A DNA stretch of 63,361 bases, counting the filler. It is 12 parts of 12 records of this genome, joined end to end, with 100 filler letters (N's around TTAATTAATTAA, not from the genome) between each part and the next. Parts side by side here need not be neighbours in the genome. Positions count along the whole stretch, not along the records: positions 55,831 to 63,361 come from SRR7504441_16702; 11 more parts are not named here. The stretch is one strand, 5' to 3'. The notes beneath the pieces were generated by a model that had not been told where the DNA came from, did not search any database, and was given only the letters and a program-made list of their open reading frames with translations. Below, in pieces: positions 59,133 to 63,361 of the stretch. Made by a program: the position numbers and the translations under genes. Numbering within the stretch: the stretch's first letter is position 1; each line of letters opens with the position of its first letter.

Positions 59133-61692
59133 ATGCCGCAGCGGGCGCGAATCGGGTTGCGCGAGCTGAATGAGAAGACCAACATCGTGACTGCACAAGG
59201 CCCGAACTGGCAGACGTACCTCAAGCGGGCCACGCTGCGCGCCGGGATCGCCGGCGGCCTGATCTGGGCCGGGCGGTGGGCCGCCGCCGGAGCACGACTG
59301 AGCCCCGCGGGCGCAGGAGCCTCGCCCCGTCGGACGACGCTGAGGACGGTCGGTGGGCCGGTCGCCGCGGACTGAACGGGGGCGGGTTGCAGACCTTGGA
59401 TGGCAGAACGCGGCGTGGGTGGCTGGATACCTCGGGTTGTTCCTGCTGCTGCTGTCGGCGCTGGACATGGCGCGGGTCTACGGCGACGAGATCATCGGCC
59501 AGCTCTCGGTAATCCAGCCCGCCGGCCACGGCGAGGTGCCCGCCAGAAATACGCGTCGGCGCCGTACGAGTATACTCCGGCGCTGCTCCTGCTGCGGCTG
59601 CTCTCCAAGTTCCGGGTGTTCTGGCGTCTGGTGAGCCCAGCCCGCCGGCCATTCAGCTGAGCGACGAGCAGGGCCTCACTGCCAAGAGCTACCACGAGCA
59701 GACCGGGCTCGGGGTCTCTTATGTCGAGAACCCAGCCGCAGTGGCCGGTAGCCAGCTGGCACGGCCGGTCCTAGTTGGGGCAGGCGCCGAGCTGCAGAAC
59801 CAACTCAAAGACTTCTTGGTGAGCGCCGGACTGATCAAGACGCTGGAGCAGGCTCGAATGGAATTGGACCGGTGTGCAGCTCATTCAGGCGCGGTGAAAC
59901 TCGGCCGACAGGTTTGCACAAGCAACTGGCCGTGGCGATCGATTTGATCCCAACGAGGCGATTGATCCACGAGAGATAATGAACTGGGTGCTCGACAACC
60001 CGCGGGTGCCTCACGCAGCCGGGGGTTGACCAGCTGAGCGGCTTGTCAGCGGGGTGCGCAAGACTCTGGAAAGCTGGTGCACCGGAGGAACCTGGATAGC
60101 CAGTGGGCCGCCCGCCGCAGCGGCTGGCGTGCTCATGGCACGGTGGCAGTACGCCGTCACGGGTCCGGAGATCGGAGACTTATCTGCTCCGTGAGTCTGG
60201 CAATCAATTACTGGCGAGCGCCCGGCCAGGTCAAGGACACCTGATGGAGGACTCTCGCGACGCTGACAAATACCTCAGCTCGCGGTTGCATTCATCGTTC
60301 ACAGGTCTAGACTGACTAGCCGCGGGCTGATGCGCTGGCGCAGGCATTCAGCCAGTAGGGTCCCCAGCTGGCATGTTCGGAGGGCAAGGATCGCCGCGAT
60401 ATGTCGGACACGCGAGCCCGAGCAACGTGGGCGCCTGGCCAATGCCGGGCGGGCAGCACCCTGCAATAGGGCTGGGAGCTGGACAGCCTGGCCGGCTGCC
60501 GTTCCAGGTCAGAGCGCGCACTGGTGGTTGACTGACTAGTGAGCAGACCACTCCTGGAGCCACACTAGAAATGTCCAAATCTGGCAGTGGCAACTCGTTT
60601 GTGCAACGGAACGAGAAATTGCTCCGGGAACAGGCGCACCGGGTTCTGGAGCTGCTGGACGTAGTACACAGGTTTGTGTAGTCGAGTGCAGCCGTGCTGA
60701 GCATGGTTTATGGCAGGATGCCGATCTGGAAGGTCAATCTCAAGTCATGGATTCAAGCCACGATAGTATCAGACCTGTATGAGAAGCTGGAGGAGCGGCT
60801 GCTCATCCCGGAGCCGCAGCAAGGCCAACAGCAGAACAGCTTCCTCACCCAGCCTCAGCCAGGTGCGGGCAATCAATTCAATTTGATGAATCAGATGGCA
60901 AATCAGCCCAAGTACAGACAAGTGAGGGAGGAGCTGCTCTCTGACCACAGCCCATCCGACAGCCTGGCCAAGCGGTTCAGTAATCCGACTTTGGTCAACG
61001 GTCTGCCAGCTGAGCATCAACAAGCGCTCAAAGAGGCCCATTCTAGATTCCAGGAGATGGAAGACTATCTGAATGTGTTTTCGGATCGATATGTGTTGCC
61101 AAACGGCCCCAACGTTCATCCTCACAGGCGACACATTATCTCTCGGATCTTGGCGTTTGCTAGAGGAGGAAGTGTGCTTTCCACTCAGAACCGCTCTCAA
61201 GGGTTTTATGGCATTGGCGCTCAAAAGCCTCCGACAGATGAAGAGATCGTTTTGCATTTGTTTTGCACCTATCTCAATCGGACCGGGCCTGCTCCACAGC
61301 AGCGTCCTGGGGACTTCACTGTCAACTACCTTGTGCCACAGGCTGATAATCGCTCACAAGCCAATGTTGTGCCGGAAGTTGCTCTGCTCCTAGCCGACTG
61401 GCAGCCGTTGCACTTGCAGCTCTCAGTCAATCACAACTTTCAATGGGACGTGACACCAGGTCCTGACAATTTATACGAGGCGTTGGTGCTGTTCTTGTAC
61501 TTTGTGGCGGTGGAAAAGGATGGCCGACTGTACAGCTCCGGGTGCTACGAGCTGAACACGTTCAACCGCATGATCGACCATGTCTTCCATGGGCCACACA
61601 ATCTCAACACAACTGATCGTAGAGGGAGCATGGCTACCAAAATACCGAAGAGTCTCCTAACACCGACTATTGGTTTCACAAGACTTGTGTGA
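59133..61692 (+). CDS. TMEM209-like (CytochromB561_N family) nuclear-envelope protein
   Basis: NLKSWIQATI, IISRILAFARG, PTDEEIVLHLFCTYL, GPDNLYEALVLFLYFV. Confidence 0.75.
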
Positions 61693-61844
61693 ACTAATGT
61701 GCACATTGTCAATTTATGCGCAATTATAAGTCGAGGATAGGTGTTGGATAGTTAAATTGGATTATTAGCGATCGTAAAATGACTCAAGAATAAGTCTTTA
61801 GAAATGACCACTTACTGCTCAAGAAAACAAGAAGACCTTATTGG

Positions 61845-63297
61845 TCAATCACTTGACTCTAGCTTGCTTAGTTTGCGGGCACATAGAGCCAATTGACTCT
61901 CAAGCTCCTTAATCTTTTTGCTCTCAGCAAGCTTCCATGCACCCGAATCTTCGTTAGTTCTCGCTTCTGGAGGGGCTTGTTCCAGGAGTTTACTTTCGAG
62001 CCGGGTGACCTTCTGAGTGCACAGCCAAAGTGCTTCTTCTAGCTCCTTAACCTTGGCATCTTTGGCCTTTAATGCTTCTTCAAGGCCTGCCAATTTGGTA
62101 CCGCTAGCCTGTGCTTCTATATGATTGGCTTCCTCATTCGACAACCTGACCTGGGTTTGTTGATCTAGAGCTCTTTCAAGCTGCATCATCTTTTGGGTGG
62201 TCACTCTAAATGCTCCCTCTAACTCTTGCACGTGAGCGGTCTGACTCTCCATCGCTTGGTCAAGAGCTCGGTGCTGGTCCACTAGTTCTTCATTACGCAC
62301 TGCGACCTGCCATTTGCGTAGCGCCGAAGCGATCTCCCCATGTAGACATATGGTCACCACCAGCTTCACCTTTGCCATCGCCGCAGTCTGCGCATTCGTC
62401 TTGCCGGCCCTAATCAGTTGTTGTTGCGCCTGAAGCTGATGAATCTCCTCGCTCAACGCTGCATTCTGCTTCTGGAGCGCCTGTAAGCGCTTTTGCTCCT
62501 CATCTCTAGACTGCCGGATCTTTTCAGCCAAGTTTTGGACCTGGTTTTCTGTGTTCAATGAATCGCATGCCTGCTTCACGTTCTTTGTCTCAGTCAGGCG
62601 CCGCTGCTTCTCATCAGCAAGTTCCCGTTCGAGCTGGACTATCCTCACCTTGAGGTTCTCCGCCTCTTTCGTGTGCACGGCTTCACACTGTTGCTGGTAC
62701 TCAAGAAGCAATCGGTTATCCAATTCAAGCGCTGAAGATTGCTCCGAGACCACAGCATTCATCTTCCACTGATTTAGCGCCACTGCGGTCTCCCCACACA
62801 TTAAGCCCTTTAGCACAAGCCTCACTTGAGTTGCAGCCGCATCCTTGAGCCGGCCAGTATGGGATGATAGTAGCTCGGTCGCCTGGCTATCAATGTGTGC
62901 CGCCACGTGCCAGCGGTGCACTGCCGCCCCCAGGCGACCGAGAGCCACTGTTTGAAGTACCAGCCTTACCTGCGCCATGGCTGCTCCCCGCGCTAGCTCT
63001 CCGAGCGCCCCGTGCAGAGGATCGTCCCGGAGCGTCACAGCTGCACTCGCTTGCTGCACCCGCTTGGCTCTCTTGAGCCTGGCAGCTGCACGGTCCATGG
63101 ACATGGCCTCAGCTTGCTTGCCCGCCTGCCGCAGCCCGGCGGCCGCGGTCTCAGCCTCGGACACATCATGGTCGAGCTGCTGGAGGTCAACCACCAGAGC
63201 CCGCAGCTCCGCGTTCTGCTGTGCCAGCCGGGCGATTTGCATTCGTCGCCGCTTCGCGTGAGTGCTCAACGCCTCCCTGTGCTGCTCAGGCGCCAGC
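61845..63297 (-). CDS. Long coiled-coil protein, last exon (5'-partial)
   Basis: Heptad-rich ORF; preceded by intron-like CCCTAAC..AATCAG at the window end. Confidence 0.7.
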
Positions 63298-63361
63298 TGA
63301 TTCCGCATAAAGTACAGTACAGTACAAGGTTAGGGGTTCTAACCTGAAACTAGCTCAAAAG

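Noticed and set aside
63311-63345. (agtac)3 and aggttag/ctaacct hairpin as telomere or transposon end
   Set aside because: Only one TTAGGG-like unit; it fits an intron branch point (CCCTAAC) on the minus strand
1-63361. Stop-codon reassignment or programmed frameshifting to explain fragmented ORFs
   Set aside because: The breaks I traced in conserved genes resolve as short GT/GC-AG introns, and TAA, TAG and TGA all terminate genes
1-63361. tRNA, rRNA or SECIS elements
   Set aside because: None recognisable by eye; a covariance-model search would be needed to exclude them

Overview
This is not one continuous chromosome segment. It is 12 eukaryotic contigs of about 3.5-8 kb, joined by 11 artificial 100-nt linkers (44 N + TTAATTAATTAA + 44 N). 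The source is a GC-rich, very gene-dense protist genome using the standard genetic code; the lineage cannot be assigned from this window. Spliceosomal introns are numerous and unusually uniform (mostly 36-48 nt), many use GC-AG, and most genes sit in tight head-to-head pairs (14-190 nt between start codons). Manual splicing gives about 35 genes or fragments, including hybrid and PAS sensor kinases, DENND11, a calmodulin-like protein, V-ATPase subunit a, a CASD1/RWA acetyltransferase, a CASTOR/POLLUX-like channel, VPS8-like, CCZ1, GH27, a sialidase, NEK2-like, TMEM33, EEF1AKMT1, NDK and TMEM209. Most notable: (1) a spliced 7TM receptor fused in frame to an INPP4-type phosphoinositide phosphatase, whose one long intron holds an H/ACA-like structured RNA; (2) a second long intron with a ~90-nt pre-miRNA-like hairpin; (3) an intronless styrene-oxide-isomerase (StyC) homologue with intact heme and catalytic residues; (4) unusual domain fusions (MBD-SET-Tudor-PHD, kinase-Atg11 claw). 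All family calls come from motif recognition by eye, not database searches.
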